A stretch of 64,000 nucleotides of DNA from Bacteriovoracaceae bacterium (lineage in GTDB: Bacteria; Bdellovibrionota; Bacteriovoracia; Bacteriovoracales; Bacteriovoracaceae): positions 32,001-96,000 of the forward strand of contig JBLWTJ010000004.1 of assembly GCA_048270185.1 (NCBI GenBank), given 5' to 3'. Shown piece by piece: positions 1-9,880 of the stretch. Every line of letters begins with the position of its first letter. Positions within the stretch are counted from its first letter, which is position 1. The notes under the pieces are model-generated. The model was not told the origin of the DNA and ran no database searches. It saw nothing but the letters and a program-made list of their open reading frames with translations. A program made the position numbers and the translations under genes.

Positions 1-579
1 ATAGCCAATCTTCTGCATCATTTTACGACTTATACTATATGTAAAACCTGTTTCTTCGATATCAATTGTCTCAGGTAATTCGCCTCCTTCGTATAAGGGA
101 AGCTGCTCTATTTCACGATATTTTTTATTATCTAATAGAATTACTTTTGTTGGTAAAAGCGATGTTAAAATTTCGTAAATTTCTGTACGGAATCCATCTA
201 ATCCAGCAGTATTTATTTGAACAATTGCACAATTTTTATACCCATCCACGATTAGGCCAGGTAGTCCATCTTCATCTCCGTAGATTAACCTTGCCTGATG
301 GCCATAACCTACTTTCGTGCGGTATTGAACAGCTCTTTGTATTTTATTTTTGATTAGTTCAAGTGCTTGTTCTTCATTTGAATTAATAATTGTGATATTT
401 TTTTTGCGTGTTGAGTTTGGATTTACAAACCCAATAAACTTTCTCTTCTTATATATGAAATGACACCATTCACCGGGACGAAATGACTTAATAGAATCTT
501 CAATGTCATTTTGAGATAAATGAATGACATCAGAATCAAAGGTCATATTGACCTTGTCCTTAATTGATATATTTCTCAT
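1..579 (-). CDS. Class I SAM-dependent rRNA methyltransferase, RlmI/RlmK-like (3' end runs off the window)
   Basis: Not in the ORF track. Manual translation from ATG at 579 (abutting the stop of 580..1362) gives MRNISIKDKVNMTFDSD...RLIYGDEDGLPGLIVDGYKNCAIVQINTAGLD, matching the RlmI-family 'GDGLPGLIVD' motif. Confidence 0.8.
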   Translation of the reverse strand, partial: MRNISIKDKVNMTFDSDVIHLSQNDIEDSIKSFRPGEWCHFIYKKRKFIGFVNPNSTRKKNITIINSNEEQALELIKNKIQRAVQYRTKVGYGHQARLIYGDEDGLPGLIVDGYKNCAIVQINTAGLDGFRTEIYEILTSLLPTKVILLDNKKYREIEQLPLYEGGELPETIDIEETGFTYSISRKMMQKIGY

Positions 580-1362
580 TTATTCCAGACCTATAATTTT
601 CTTAGCTTGTCCTGTGTTTATTTGATAGTTCTTTATCTCGAGATCCATTTTCCCTAAATCAATCTTCTTATCACCATTTATGGCAAACGACTTTGTAATA
701 ATCTTACTAGGTAGGCCATAGATTCCAACTTTGTCATATTCAATCTCAATCTCTTTTTCAACTGAAGCACCACCTCTACCTTCACTAATAACAATTTGGG
801 AAATGACAGTCTTTCCTTTACTCCAAGATTTCTTAGAGTATGAAAATTGAGTTTTTGTTATTAGGTTTGTACTCTTTGATTCAATTTCTTTAATCTGTCC
901 TGTTGGATATAGCTCAAGTTCAAGATCAAGAAGTTCATTCTTACCTTTAACGCGTACGAAACGATTCGCAGTCTTAACATCTTTTTTAAATGCACTATTC
1001 TCTAGAGGTGTTGTTAGATCCTTCACTAAGACTAGTTCAACAAATGGTTTAACTTTAGCAATTAAAGTTTGCTTAAGAAGCTTAAAACCATTCTCAGGTA
1101 GCCCTTCAACGCGAATTCTAATATTATTTGGATAAGCCCAGTAGACTCGATAATAGATATCATCAGGCTCTAGAGCTGTATTGGCCTTCACATAGCTTTC
1201 CAGATTTGGCTCTCTAATATCAAAGAATAAATCTGTAATCTCACTACCTAAAGGAGTGTAAGTTCGAAGCTTATGATCTTCAAATAGTTTTGATGTATTT
1301 GAAAAAACAGACGATACAGAAAGTAATAAAACAATAATAAGTGATAAGTTGAATTTTTGCAT
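580..1362 (-). CDS. Hypothetical exported protein
   Basis: 260-aa ORF with a signal-peptide-like N-terminus; no family recognised. Confidence 0.7.
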   Translation of the reverse strand: MQKFNLSLIIVLLLSVSSVFSNTSKLFEDHKLRTYTPLGSEITDLFFDIREPNLESYVKANTALEPDDIYYRVYWAYPNNIRIRVEGLPENGFKLLKQTLIAKVKPFVELVLVKDLTTPLENSAFKKDVKTANRFVRVKGKNELLDLELELYPTGQIKEIESKSTNLITKTQFSYSKKSWSKGKTVISQIVISEGRGGASVEKEIEIEYDKVGIYGLPSKIITKSFAINGDKKIDLGKMDLEIKNYQINTGQAKKIIGLE

Positions 1363-1402
1363 ATTAAGTCCTTTTAAATCATTTTAAAAGCGACTTAAGT
1401 CT

Positions 1403-2704
1403 TTACCAACTACTTGAAATTATTTCCTTCCAATTGACTTTATTAAGGATTAAATGCTTTTCTTTCTTAAAGATGACTTTTCCTGCTGCACCCTTAACAC
1501 CCTTTAGATTTTCAACATTAGTAAATACCACAGGAATCAAGTCGGAATTGAAGTCACTATAGTCAGCAAGAACTGAGGCAAAGACTTCAAACTCTGCGAT
1601 ATCAAGGCCTTGGACATTCTTAACAATTAAGTGAGCACTCTTATCACCATCAAGGTGAAACCAAGTATCCCCCTTAGTTGACCATTTACTTCTAATATAG
1701 TCATTTCCTCTAGTATTTAGACCAACAGCAATTGAGTAATCTTTCCATTTCAAAATAATATGATCATCTGACTTTTGTGCTTGTGTATTATTCTTTGCGA
1801 CTTTTTTCCAGACTGGTGTATTTATCTTTTCTTTAACAAATGTTTGTTTTTTTGATTCGAGTTCTTTAATAACATCATCAAGTCTTTTTTGGAGATATTC
1901 TTCACCTTTCTTTAATTTCTTTATTTTAGTGAAAATGGCATTTTTCTTCTGATAATATGAAATTCCAAAATCGAACTTAACTCTAAAGCTATCTTCTTTA
2001 AAGACATTTCCTTCAAGTTCCAATTCATCATTTATAAGTTTACTTTCAATCTTATGACGAACTTTACAGTTCTCTAAGTCTTTTTCAATAAGAGACTTCT
2101 TTCGCAAGAGTTTCTTATTATAAGCCGTTTCAACTTTCTTATTGAAGACTTCATCAGCTTCTAAGTTAAGTTTATTTTCTTTGATCTCTTTCTTATCCAA
2201 TTGTTTACGACCAATCTCATTGAAAATATCAAAGTGATTATCGAAATGAAACTCAAGTTTTTTTTGAGATAACCAAGGAGAGAAATGCATCTTAGTACCT
2301 TCATTATAGTAAACATAGGTAAAGTAGAATTGACGTCCTTTCCAAAAAAAGAGCAATTGACTCTTATCAAAGAAATTTAGAGAAATGCACTTATCTAATT
2401 CATCAGAGACAATTTCTTTAATTCTTGTATTTCTTATATTAGATCGTAAGAACTCTAAGAATTGATCTCTCGTGATACGGTATTCAGAAGGGATACTATC
2501 AATACTATCCCATATTCCACAATACTCACCACCGCGTCCAATTGTGATACATAGATTACGCCCTCTAAGGCGAAGCTGAAGAAGAAGAAGTTTCGCCGAT
2601 GAGAAGATTTTTTGAATTTTTGGATTCGTCGAAACGCCATTATCCATCAATTGATCATTAATTTTATCGACATTTCGCTTTAGCTCTGAGAAATTTAAAT
2701 TCAT
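1403..2704 (-). CDS. NFACT-family protein (RqcH/FbpA-like), shortened
   Basis: C-terminal NFACT-R motifs 'AVGLNTRGNDYI', 'DTWFHLDGDKSAHLIV', 'KGVKGAAGKVIF'; central coiled coil; NFACT-N-like start. Confidence 0.8.
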   Translation of the reverse strand: MNLNFSELKRNVDKINDQLMDNGVSTNPKIQKIFSSAKLLLLQLRLRGRNLCITIGRGGEYCGIWDSIDSIPSEYRITRDQFLEFLRSNIRNTRIKEIVSDELDKCISLNFFDKSQLLFFWKGRQFYFTYVYYNEGTKMHFSPWLSQKKLEFHFDNHFDIFNEIGRKQLDKKEIKENKLNLEADEVFNKKVETAYNKKLLRKKSLIEKDLENCKVRHKIESKLINDELELEGNVFKEDSFRVKFDFGISYYQKKNAIFTKIKKLKKGEEYLQKRLDDVIKELESKKQTFVKEKINTPVWKKVAKNNTQAQKSDDHIILKWKDYSIAVGLNTRGNDYIRSKWSTKGDTWFHLDGDKSAHLIVKNVQGLDIAEFEVFASVLADYSDFNSDLIPVVFTNVENLKGVKGAAGKVIFKKEKHLILNKVNWKEIISSSW

Positions 2705-5027
2705 GAATAATCCAACTATTTTGTCACAAACTCTTAGTAATATTGATTGGCATAAAATCGCTTCAGAAATTGCTTCTTACGCTAAATTTCAAACCAATAA
2801 AACAATTATAGAGCATAACCCAAAGGTTTACGAATCTGAAACTCTAAGTGCTCACTTTTCAACTTTAAATAAGATTATTATTAAGATTGATGAGAGTGGA
2901 AGCCTTTATGAGACTTTCTTTTCAAACATTCGTGACACAGAGGATAATCATCAGGCTTTAAACTATATTTCCAAAGGCGGTGTTGCAACACTTGAGCAAC
3001 TAAACTTCCTGGCAAATTTGATTGAAAATATCTTCCCAACAAAGAGAACACTGGATTTTGATCCTTTTAAAGAAGAGCTTGATTCATTTATCAATCAAAC
3101 ACAAAGGTTAAAGCAAAAATTCATCAATCCTTTGAGAAAATTTGTGGAAGCAGATGGATCAATTCACCTCGAACGTCATCCTGTTATTGCTCCACTAATT
3201 CAAGAACAACTTGGACTAGAAAAGAGAATTCGTGACACAATTAACTTCATTCTAAAGGATGACGATATTTCAAAGCGTCTGCAGATGGAAACATTTGATA
3301 TCATCAATGAACGTTTTGTAATTCCTATCAGAAGTGACTCTTATCGAAGTGACCTAGGTGGAATTGTCGCTCGTTCCTCTACTGGAAACACTTTATTTGT
3401 TGAACCTGTTGCAACAAGAAAAATGTCGAATGAGCTGATTGAAATTAATTCAAAGATCGACTACGCTCTTTCTCAAATTTGTAAGAATTACTCGGAATTA
3501 ATTACGAATGACATCCATACGATGTATTCAATATATAATTTCTTTATTGATCTCGATTATACAAATACATTAGCAAGTTATTCACACTCTAAAGATCTAT
3601 GTTATCCAGAAGTAAGTCTAGATGGAGAAACTTCTTTAGTAGACTTCTATCACCCTCTTATCCCCAATTGTGTCACTAATTCAATTCAAGTAGCACAAGA
3701 GCAGAAGGGAATTATCATTTCTGGGCCAAACACTGGTGGTAAGACAGTTAATATTAAAAGTATCGTTATCTCCCATCTCTTCTTTAAATTAGGACTTTTC
3801 ATTCCTGCTCGTTCGGCAAAGTTAGAATATAAAAGTGATATTTTTTATTTTGATAGTGATTATCAAGATCTTGAGATGGGACTTAGTTCATTTGCTGGTG
3901 AAGTTGGTGTAATCCTCTCGATGCTTGAAAATATCCAAAACAATTCACTTATAGCTGCCGACGAAATATTTAACTCGACTTCATCCGATGAAGCTTCTTC
4001 ACTTGCTTACTCTATCATTAGTTATGTAACTAAAGACCTAGGCTGTGATGTCTTAATTTCGACCCACCATCAACTTCTGAAGACCAAAATGCAAGAGAGT
4101 GAAGATTTTATTTCAGCTCATGTTGGCTACGATTTTGAGAATAATAAGCCTACTTATAAACTTATTACAGGAACCCCTGGTTCATCAATGGCGCTTGAAA
4201 TATTTAAAAGACTTAGTAAGAAACATGATATTCCTGAGTTCATTTTTGATGATGCAAAGAAATTACTAGATACGAAATACGTCACTTACGAAAGACTCTT
4301 ACAAGACCTTTCTCGAAAACAAGAGAAGATAGACAAAACTCTTAGAGAAAATATCAAGCTTAATCATGAACTTAAAAATCAAAAGAAATCTCAGGAAGGA
4401 ATCTTGTTCTTAGAGAAACAACAAGCTTTTTCAAGATTTGAAAATGAGATTAAGAAAATTATTAAAGGCCTAGGTGATATCAAGTCTAAGAGCCTAAGCA
4501 GAGAGATTTCAACTCTAAGCCAACAATTTGAAAAGTTAAAACCTGCCAAAGATCAAAAGCCAAAAGAAGAAAGAGAGTTGGCCAAAGAAATTATTATTGG
4601 AAACCGCTACTTCTGTGACCGTCTCAATGCGACTTGTATAGTTTTAGAAATTAAAAATAAGAATTGTACTGTAGAGATAAATGGAAAGAAGATTACTGTT
4701 CCAAAGAACTCATTATTTGATCAACAAGGTATAAGTAATAAGAAAAAGCCTGCGCTGAAGAAAGTAGAAGTTAATGTATTTAAGACTATAAACTATACGA
4801 CTGAGGTAAATTGCCGTGGAATGAGACTTAATGAGTTCCAACAAAAAGTTTTCTCTTGTATCGACGATCTTAGAATGGGTCATATTCCCTATTTAATTAT
4901 TGTCCATGGCCATGGCGATGGAACACTGAAAAAATGGTTAAGGAATGAGTTAAGACGTCAGAAAGACTTATCTTGGACTCCAGATGAAGGTAATGATGGA
5001 GCCACAAGAATCGATTTAGTGAATTGA
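2703..5027 (+). CDS. mutS2: MutS2 family ATPase with C-terminal Smr domain
   Basis: 'SSTGNTLFVEP', Walker A 'GPNTGGKT', 'LSSFAG', Walker B 'DEIF', 'ISTHH', 'GTPGSSMALEI', Smr 'IVHGHGDGTLK...GNDGATRI'. Confidence 0.93.
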   Translation: MNNPTILSQTLSNIDWHKIASEIASYAKFQTNKTIIEHNPKVYESETLSAHFSTLNKIIIKIDESGSLYETFFSNIRDTEDNHQALNYISKGGVATLEQLNFLANLIENIFPTKRTLDFDPFKEELDSFINQTQRLKQKFINPLRKFVEADGSIHLERHPVIAPLIQEQLGLEKRIRDTINFILKDDDISKRLQMETFDIINERFVIPIRSDSYRSDLGGIVARSSTGNTLFVEPVATRKMSNELIEINSKIDYALSQICKNYSELITNDIHTMYSIYNFFIDLDYTNTLASYSHSKDLCYPEVSLDGETSLVDFYHPLIPNCVTNSIQVAQEQKGIIISGPNTGGKTVNIKSIVISHLFFKLGLFIPARSAKLEYKSDIFYFDSDYQDLEMGLSSFAGEVGVILSMLENIQNNSLIAADEIFNSTSSDEASSLAYSIISYVTKDLGCDVLISTHHQLLKTKMQESEDFISAHVGYDFENNKPTYKLITGTPGSSMALEIFKRLSKKHDIPEFIFDDAKKLLDTKYVTYERLLQDLSRKQEKIDKTLRENIKLNHELKNQKKSQEGILFLEKQQAFSRFENEIKKIIKGLGDIKSKSLSREISTLSQQFEKLKPAKDQKPKEERELAKEIIIGNRYFCDRLNATCIVLEIKNKNCTVEINGKKITVPKNSLFDQQGISNKKKPALKKVEVNVFKTINYTTEVNCRGMRLNEFQQKVFSCIDDLRMGHIPYLIIVHGHGDGTLKKWLRNELRRQKDLSWTPDEGNDGATRIDLVN

Positions 5028-5741
5028 TTGAAAGATTCTTTCGGTTTTGACTTTCATCTGTCCAGTATAGCTATCTTGCATCATTGAAAACCAAACAAAG
5101 AATGCACGGCCTCTAATATTTTTAAATGGAACAAATCCCCATGCTCTTGAGTCAGATGAGTTATCTCGATTATCGCCCATCACAAAATAGTGCCCTTTAG
5201 GAACTTTTGTACGTGGATAGTTTAATTTATAGATATTATCGAGATCTTTTTTAACAATAAATTTATTATTGTCCATCTTCGTTTCAAAGTATTCATAATT
5301 ATCATTATACTTTGTAGCAATTAACTCTTCTTCTATTGGTTGATCATTAATAAAGACCTTCTTATTCTTGATCTCAATTGTTTCACCAGGTAGGGCCATG
5401 ACTCTTTTTATGTAATTAATTTTAGGATCATTTGGATATTTGAAGACAATGACATCTCCTCTTTTAACCTCATTATTCATAAATAGATAAATTGGGTTAA
5501 TATTCACACTTCCGAGTGCTATATCACTGAAAGGAAGCTTGAGGCCATAAGTAAACTTCTCAACAAGTATGAAGTCACCAATCTCTAGAGTTGGGATCAT
5601 TGATCCAGAAGGAATTCTATATGGCTCATAGAAAGATGATCTAAAGGTTAATAAGAAAAAGATAATTAAAAAGATATCACGACACATTCGAAGAAAATGC
5701 TTCTTTCTCATTTTAATTTTATTTTCAATTTCTTCAGTCAC
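5016..5741 (-). CDS. lepB: Signal peptidase I
   Basis: Catalytic Ser 'IPSGSMIPTL', Lys 'YIKRV', 'MGDNRDNSSDSR'. Confidence 0.95.
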   Translation of the reverse strand: MTEEIENKIKMRKKHFLRMCRDIFLIIFFLLTFRSSFYEPYRIPSGSMIPTLEIGDFILVEKFTYGLKLPFSDIALGSVNINPIYLFMNNEVKRGDVIVFKYPNDPKINYIKRVMALPGETIEIKNKKVFINDQPIEEELIATKYNDNYEYFETKMDNNKFIVKKDLDNIYKLNYPRTKVPKGHYFVMGDNRDNSSDSRAWGFVPFKNIRGRAFFVWFSMMQDSYTGQMKVKTERIFQSIH

Positions 5742-6985
5742 TTAATACCTTTGTAATATGTCGAGATTATTTCCTGGGCCAACTTTGTTGATTTAACATA
5801 CCACTTTTCGTAGTTAATAATCATAACACAAACAGAAATCCCTTTATCGCTTTTATCTTTTAGAGGCTTTGCATATGAAGTAAACCAATCCCTTTTCCCA
5901 AAAGGAAAACCACCTGTAATCGAACCTGTTTTACCACCTATTTCAAGTTTACTTGCAATTCGACGATTCATATAACGTCTAAAAGTACGACGAGCAGTAC
6001 CTCTTTTTATCGTTCCTTGCATTAATTCCGACAATTCAGCGGCCGTTGCATTATCGATAACTTGTTTCTTTCTCTCTTCGTTAGTCCATACTTGTTCATT
6101 TTGTTCATCGACAAGATCAAGAGCAAGTCTTGGATAACGAAGCTCTCCATCATTGGCGACAATACTTGAGAGTACAGCGCAGTGAACAGGAGACATTTGA
6201 GTTTTCTTATTAAAACCTGATGCAATTTCAGCAAGAGCATAATCTGTTTGAGGAATTTCAAAAGTTGATTTAGCTAAATCAATTTCTGCCATAAGATCAT
6301 CATTAAAGCCAAGTTTCTCGGCCATTACTTCTAGCTCTTCTGGTGTTGTATTATTAATAGCGGCTTTACCAAAAATCACATTATTAGAGTAAGCAAAGGC
6401 ACGATCAAAAGATGTTGAACGTTGCCAACGAGATTTCTTTGTTTTTAATTGATACTTATAAAGAGTTGTCCCACGACCTCGGTATTTGAATTTATCATGA
6501 ATATCAAAATCTTCATTATTAATAAGATCTGCAGATGTTACGATTTTAAAAATACTAGCTGCGGGATGTGTTCCAGTAAAAGGAAGAAGGTAATCAAAAA
6601 CCTTACCCTTTCGAGTAAATCCTATATTAACAAGAAGATTTCCATTGTTGTTGTCCATCACAACAACAGCTGCTCTATCAGGACGATAATAGCGCAATCT
6701 CTTTCTGACGTAAGATTCTAACTTCTTATCAGTAGAGTATTCAATTCGATAACTCTTACCATTGTGTGAGATTGATTCTTGGAAGGGTTCCACTGGATCG
6801 AGTAACTGGCTTGATAAGTAGTGCTTTAATTGCTGATTATTTATAACTGTAGGTTTTACTATCTCTTCGGTCTTCTTTTGTTCGTCTTTTCCAACAAGAA
6901 AAAAGCCAACTAAGGCCAATGGGACTAGCACCCATAAATACTTATAAAAAATCCTATACTTCCTCACCTTTAAAGCCCTTACCAA
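5738..6985 (-). CDS. Penicillin-binding protein, transpeptidase domain with TM anchor (start may be GTG near 6967)
   Basis: SxxK 'ASIFK', SxN 'YSNN', 'GGKTG'; short N-terminal region lacking an obvious pedestal domain. Confidence 0.85.
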   Translation of the reverse strand: MVRALKVRKYRIFYKYLWVLVPLALVGFFLVGKDEQKKTEEIVKPTVINNQQLKHYLSSQLLDPVEPFQESISHNGKSYRIEYSTDKKLESYVRKRLRYYRPDRAAVVVMDNNNGNLLVNIGFTRKGKVFDYLLPFTGTHPAASIFKIVTSADLINNEDFDIHDKFKYRGRGTTLYKYQLKTKKSRWQRSTSFDRAFAYSNNVIFGKAAINNTTPEELEVMAEKLGFNDDLMAEIDLAKSTFEIPQTDYALAEIASGFNKKTQMSPVHCAVLSSIVANDGELRYPRLALDLVDEQNEQVWTNEERKKQVIDNATAAELSELMQGTIKRGTARRTFRRYMNRRIASKLEIGGKTGSITGGFPFGKRDWFTSYAKPLKDKSDKGISVCVMIINYEKWYVKSTKLAQEIISTYYKGIK

Positions 6986-7556
6986 TCACAAAGAATTCCT
7001 TACTAACCGATCGCGTTGATTTTGGTTTTAGAAAATGAAATTCTTTAAATTTATTCCTTTGTGATTTTAGAAAGACTTGCGCCTCATGGCCATCAAATAC
7101 TTTAATAACAAAGTTCCCACCATCTCTTAGAAATACAGGTAAGTGATGAAAAACTTGCTCAATTAGATTTAAACTACGTAGTTGGTCAACAGAGCGAACG
7201 CCAGTGGTATTCGGTGCCATATCAGATATAACAACATCAAACTTGCGATCAAATTCAAGGTCTTCAACTGTAGTTACATCAAAAATATCCTTTTCAAAAA
7301 TTTTGACATTTTTAATCCCTAAAAGTTTTTTATTCAGTGGACGAATATCAATACCGACAGCAAAACCTTCTGGGCCGATCTTACTTGAAGTATACTGCAT
7401 CCAAGAGCCTGGGTGATAACCAAGATCTAGGACATTATCTGACTTCTTAATCACCTTATATTTATTATCAATTTCTTCTAATTTATAAATTGAGCGCGCT
7501 AAGAAGTTCTCTTTCTTAGCTTTCTTAAAATAGTGATCTTTAACTTTAAACGTCAT
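6954..7556 (-). CDS. rlmE: 23S rRNA Um2552 methyltransferase RlmE/FtsJ
   Basis: 'RSIYKLEEID', 'LDLGYHPGSW', 'DVVISDMAPN', 'KPKSTRSVSKE'. Confidence 0.93.
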   Translation of the reverse strand: MTFKVKDHYFKKAKKENFLARSIYKLEEIDNKYKVIKKSDNVLDLGYHPGSWMQYTSSKIGPEGFAVGIDIRPLNKKLLGIKNVKIFEKDIFDVTTVEDLEFDRKFDVVISDMAPNTTGVRSVDQLRSLNLIEQVFHHLPVFLRDGGNFVIKVFDGHEAQVFLKSQRNKFKEFHFLKPKSTRSVSKEFFVIGKGFKGEEV

Positions 7557-7698
7557 TAATTCAACCTTATATACTTTATTAGATTAGCATTATTCAGAAA
7601 ATTGAAAACCGGCCCACCTGTAAGCCACTCTTCACTTTCTTACATCTGAGTGCAAATTTTTCTTTTAAATTTTTCAAAAACTTATTGACTCAGGTTTT

Positions 7699-7888
7699 TT
7701 ACTAACATTATTAACAGAGTTATCCACACTTGACCATATCTGTTGGTTATTTTTCACTTTATTAACTTTTACTAATGAAATCCCTTATTTTCAATACTTT
7801 ACCGTAAATGTTGCACAGTGATGTCAGGCTTTGACAGGATGCGAATCAGTTTACTAACAAAAATGGCGAACTTATCAACATATGCACA
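7699..7888. promoter_or_regulatory. Cluster of co-oriented DnaA-box-like 9-mers in an AT-rich intergenic region
   Basis: Perfect TTATCCACA 7720-7728; TTATTAACA 7708-7716, TGTTGCACA 7809-7817, TTATCAACA 7872-7880, ATATGCACA 7880-7888 (1 mismatch to TTWTNCACA); TTACTAACA 7699-7707 and 7851-7859. Confidence 0.6.
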
Positions 7889-8009
7889 TTTCAAAGCACT
7901 CTAGGCACTTGTCAATAATATTTTTCGAATAATTAGTGTAAGAAATTGAGGGATAGAAACCCCTTGTGTTTACAACACAATAAGAGTTATTTTCAAATAA
8001 TCACAGACT

Positions 8010-8201
8010 CTACTCTGAAGTGATCATATACTCTAATTCGCCATCACCCGCTAGAATGGCCCCATACTCCTCACCATCATCATATGTAAATGAACTTGCA
8101 ATAAGCTTGATACTGCTATCAGCAGGATCAACAAATACAAATGGATGGGAAGTAGAAGCGTCTTTGCGCATTTTGTAGGAATCAGTGAACTCTTCAAACA
8201 A
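8010..8201 (-). CDS. Small hypothetical protein (frame stays open to 8294)
   Basis: 63-aa ORF with TTG start; the frame has no stop for 31 more codons upstream, ending at an ATT. Confidence 0.4.
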   Translation of the reverse strand: MFEEFTDSYKMRKDASTSHPFVFVDPADSSIKLIASSFTYDDGEEYGAILAGDGELEYMITSE

Positions 8202-8309
8202 TTGTCTTGTTATATGAGATTTAAACAGATGAAACTCCCTTTCATCGTTAACGTTAATTAAATTATAAGTGATTTCAGGGAGAAATAAATAAATTTAAGT
8301 ATGAGCAAT

Positions 8310-9821
8310 TTAGTCAATTGCTCCTATTGTTCTTAAGAGAATCTTCACTCGCCCTTCAAAATGGGAGTCCAGAAGACATATGATAATATAGATTGCATAA
8401 ATCATATTTCTTGAATTTCTAAGTCCTCTTATTTTCTGGAAGATAACTTCAATAACTAGAACACTAAAGAATGATAGTAGCCACAGTAGTGAGAAATCTT
8501 GAAATGTGCGTGAACTAAAAAGAATATCAATGATTAACAAACACAAAATTGAAATCGCAACTTTTAGGGATGAATCATGTGAAATATTTAAAAGCTTATT
8601 CTGGTCACTACGTGTTTGTGCTAAGACTTTATAGATAAAAACAGCTACCCCTATTATTGATAGAGCAAAGAAAGACTTGCGTGTTAGGAGCCTAACAACT
8701 TCGGATCCAATTATAGTTACACTTTCAATCATTTCTATCGACACAGTACTAGTTGATAAGAAGAAGAGAGAAACTGATAAGAATAGGCCTAGTAGTGTGT
8801 ATTTAAAGAATTGTCTTTTATACCAAGCTGTCTCTTCTTTTAAGAAAACGAAGTGAATTAAAAGAAGTTGAACTATTAGAAGAATAACATTTGATTTATC
8901 AATTAGAGTTCCCCATGCTCCAAGTAGACCTACAAATAAACCAGAACGATAAGTTGAACTCTTAGTAGACCAAAGTGTTGACCATACCCATACGACAGAA
9001 AAAGTCGTTAAAAGAGTAAATCCAAAATTATTGGCCAATATTTTTGAAAATGACCAAGAAGATATTAGAGCAAAGACTCCTAGTAGTGATAGACGTCTTG
9101 AAACAAAATTTCTTAGAAGTGCATAGAATGTTAATAGAAATAATGACATCGTTACAAAGTAGAAGTGAATCGACCAAGATAGATTTAAAAGCTTTGGATA
9201 CTTACTAAAAGGAATATAGTTGATCGATATAAAGTTCCAGAAGGCACCAGAGACTCTCTCACTAGGATCAAAGAATAAACGAAGAGAACTTGTCGAAAAT
9301 AGATTAGGAAGCTGAGGAAGGGATGTGAAGAACATCACGATCGTTAGAAATAAGACAGTCTTTTCGAATTTATCCAGATAGCGATATTCATGAAAATTTG
9401 TCGATACAGATTCTTTAATAATCTTCCCTCTTGTCGGCCAAGAATAGAAAAGTCCCATTATAATCCATGTCACCCAAAATATATTATAGCCCCACTTATG
9501 CGGTAGAAGACTTATCACATTAAAGTAAATGGCCATAAAGAACATCCCCATAAAGAGACGGTAAACAACACGGTCAATGGAAGAGTTCACTTTAAAGTAG
9601 ATCTTTAAGCGGTGATCAATCTCCTTTCCTAAAAGAAACCATTGAGAAACAATAAACATTGAGAAGAATATCATCGCTATGATTTGCCACATTGGCGCGA
9701 GACTCACCTCTTTTTGTAAATAAATTGGTAATAATAAGAAAGTAAAGTATGTAACTAGTCGAAATAACAAGAATTTCGTCTTCTCAATGTAAATATCCGA
9801 CTTTTTTTCTAAAGTTTTCAC
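8310..9821 (-). CDS. Polytopic membrane protein, possibly GT-C/ArnT-like
   Basis: 503 aa with more than 10 hydrophobic segments; fold assignment is only a guess. Confidence 0.65.
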   Translation of the reverse strand: MKTLEKKSDIYIEKTKFLLFRLVTYFTFLLLPIYLQKEVSLAPMWQIIAMIFFSMFIVSQWFLLGKEIDHRLKIYFKVNSSIDRVVYRLFMGMFFMAIYFNVISLLPHKWGYNIFWVTWIIMGLFYSWPTRGKIIKESVSTNFHEYRYLDKFEKTVLFLTIVMFFTSLPQLPNLFSTSSLRLFFDPSERVSGAFWNFISINYIPFSKYPKLLNLSWSIHFYFVTMSLFLLTFYALLRNFVSRRLSLLGVFALISSWSFSKILANNFGFTLLTTFSVVWVWSTLWSTKSSTYRSGLFVGLLGAWGTLIDKSNVILLIVQLLLIHFVFLKEETAWYKRQFFKYTLLGLFLSVSLFFLSTSTVSIEMIESVTIIGSEVVRLLTRKSFFALSIIGVAVFIYKVLAQTRSDQNKLLNISHDSSLKVAISILCLLIIDILFSSRTFQDFSLLWLLSFFSVLVIEVIFQKIRGLRNSRNMIYAIYIIICLLDSHFEGRVKILLRTIGAID

Positions 9822-9836
9822 AATAATACCCGATAA
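9810..9836 (+). promoter_or_regulatory. Sigma28 (FliA) promoter facing fliD
   Basis: TAAA(9810-9813)-N15-CCCGATAA(9829-9836) versus consensus TAAA-N15-GCCGATAA. Confidence 0.75.
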
Positions 9837-9880
9837 ATTTAGTACAAAATCCCAATCCCAAAATTACTTTCTCGAAAAGT

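Noticed and set aside
66..353. 95-aa plus-strand ORF in the track
   Set aside because: Antisense shadow of the RlmI-like gene (1..579, minus), which carries clear family motifs.
7560..8005. oriC call for the DnaA-box cluster
   Set aside because: No dnaA/dnaN/gidA neighbours and no visible strand-bias switch; kept only as a DnaA-box cluster.
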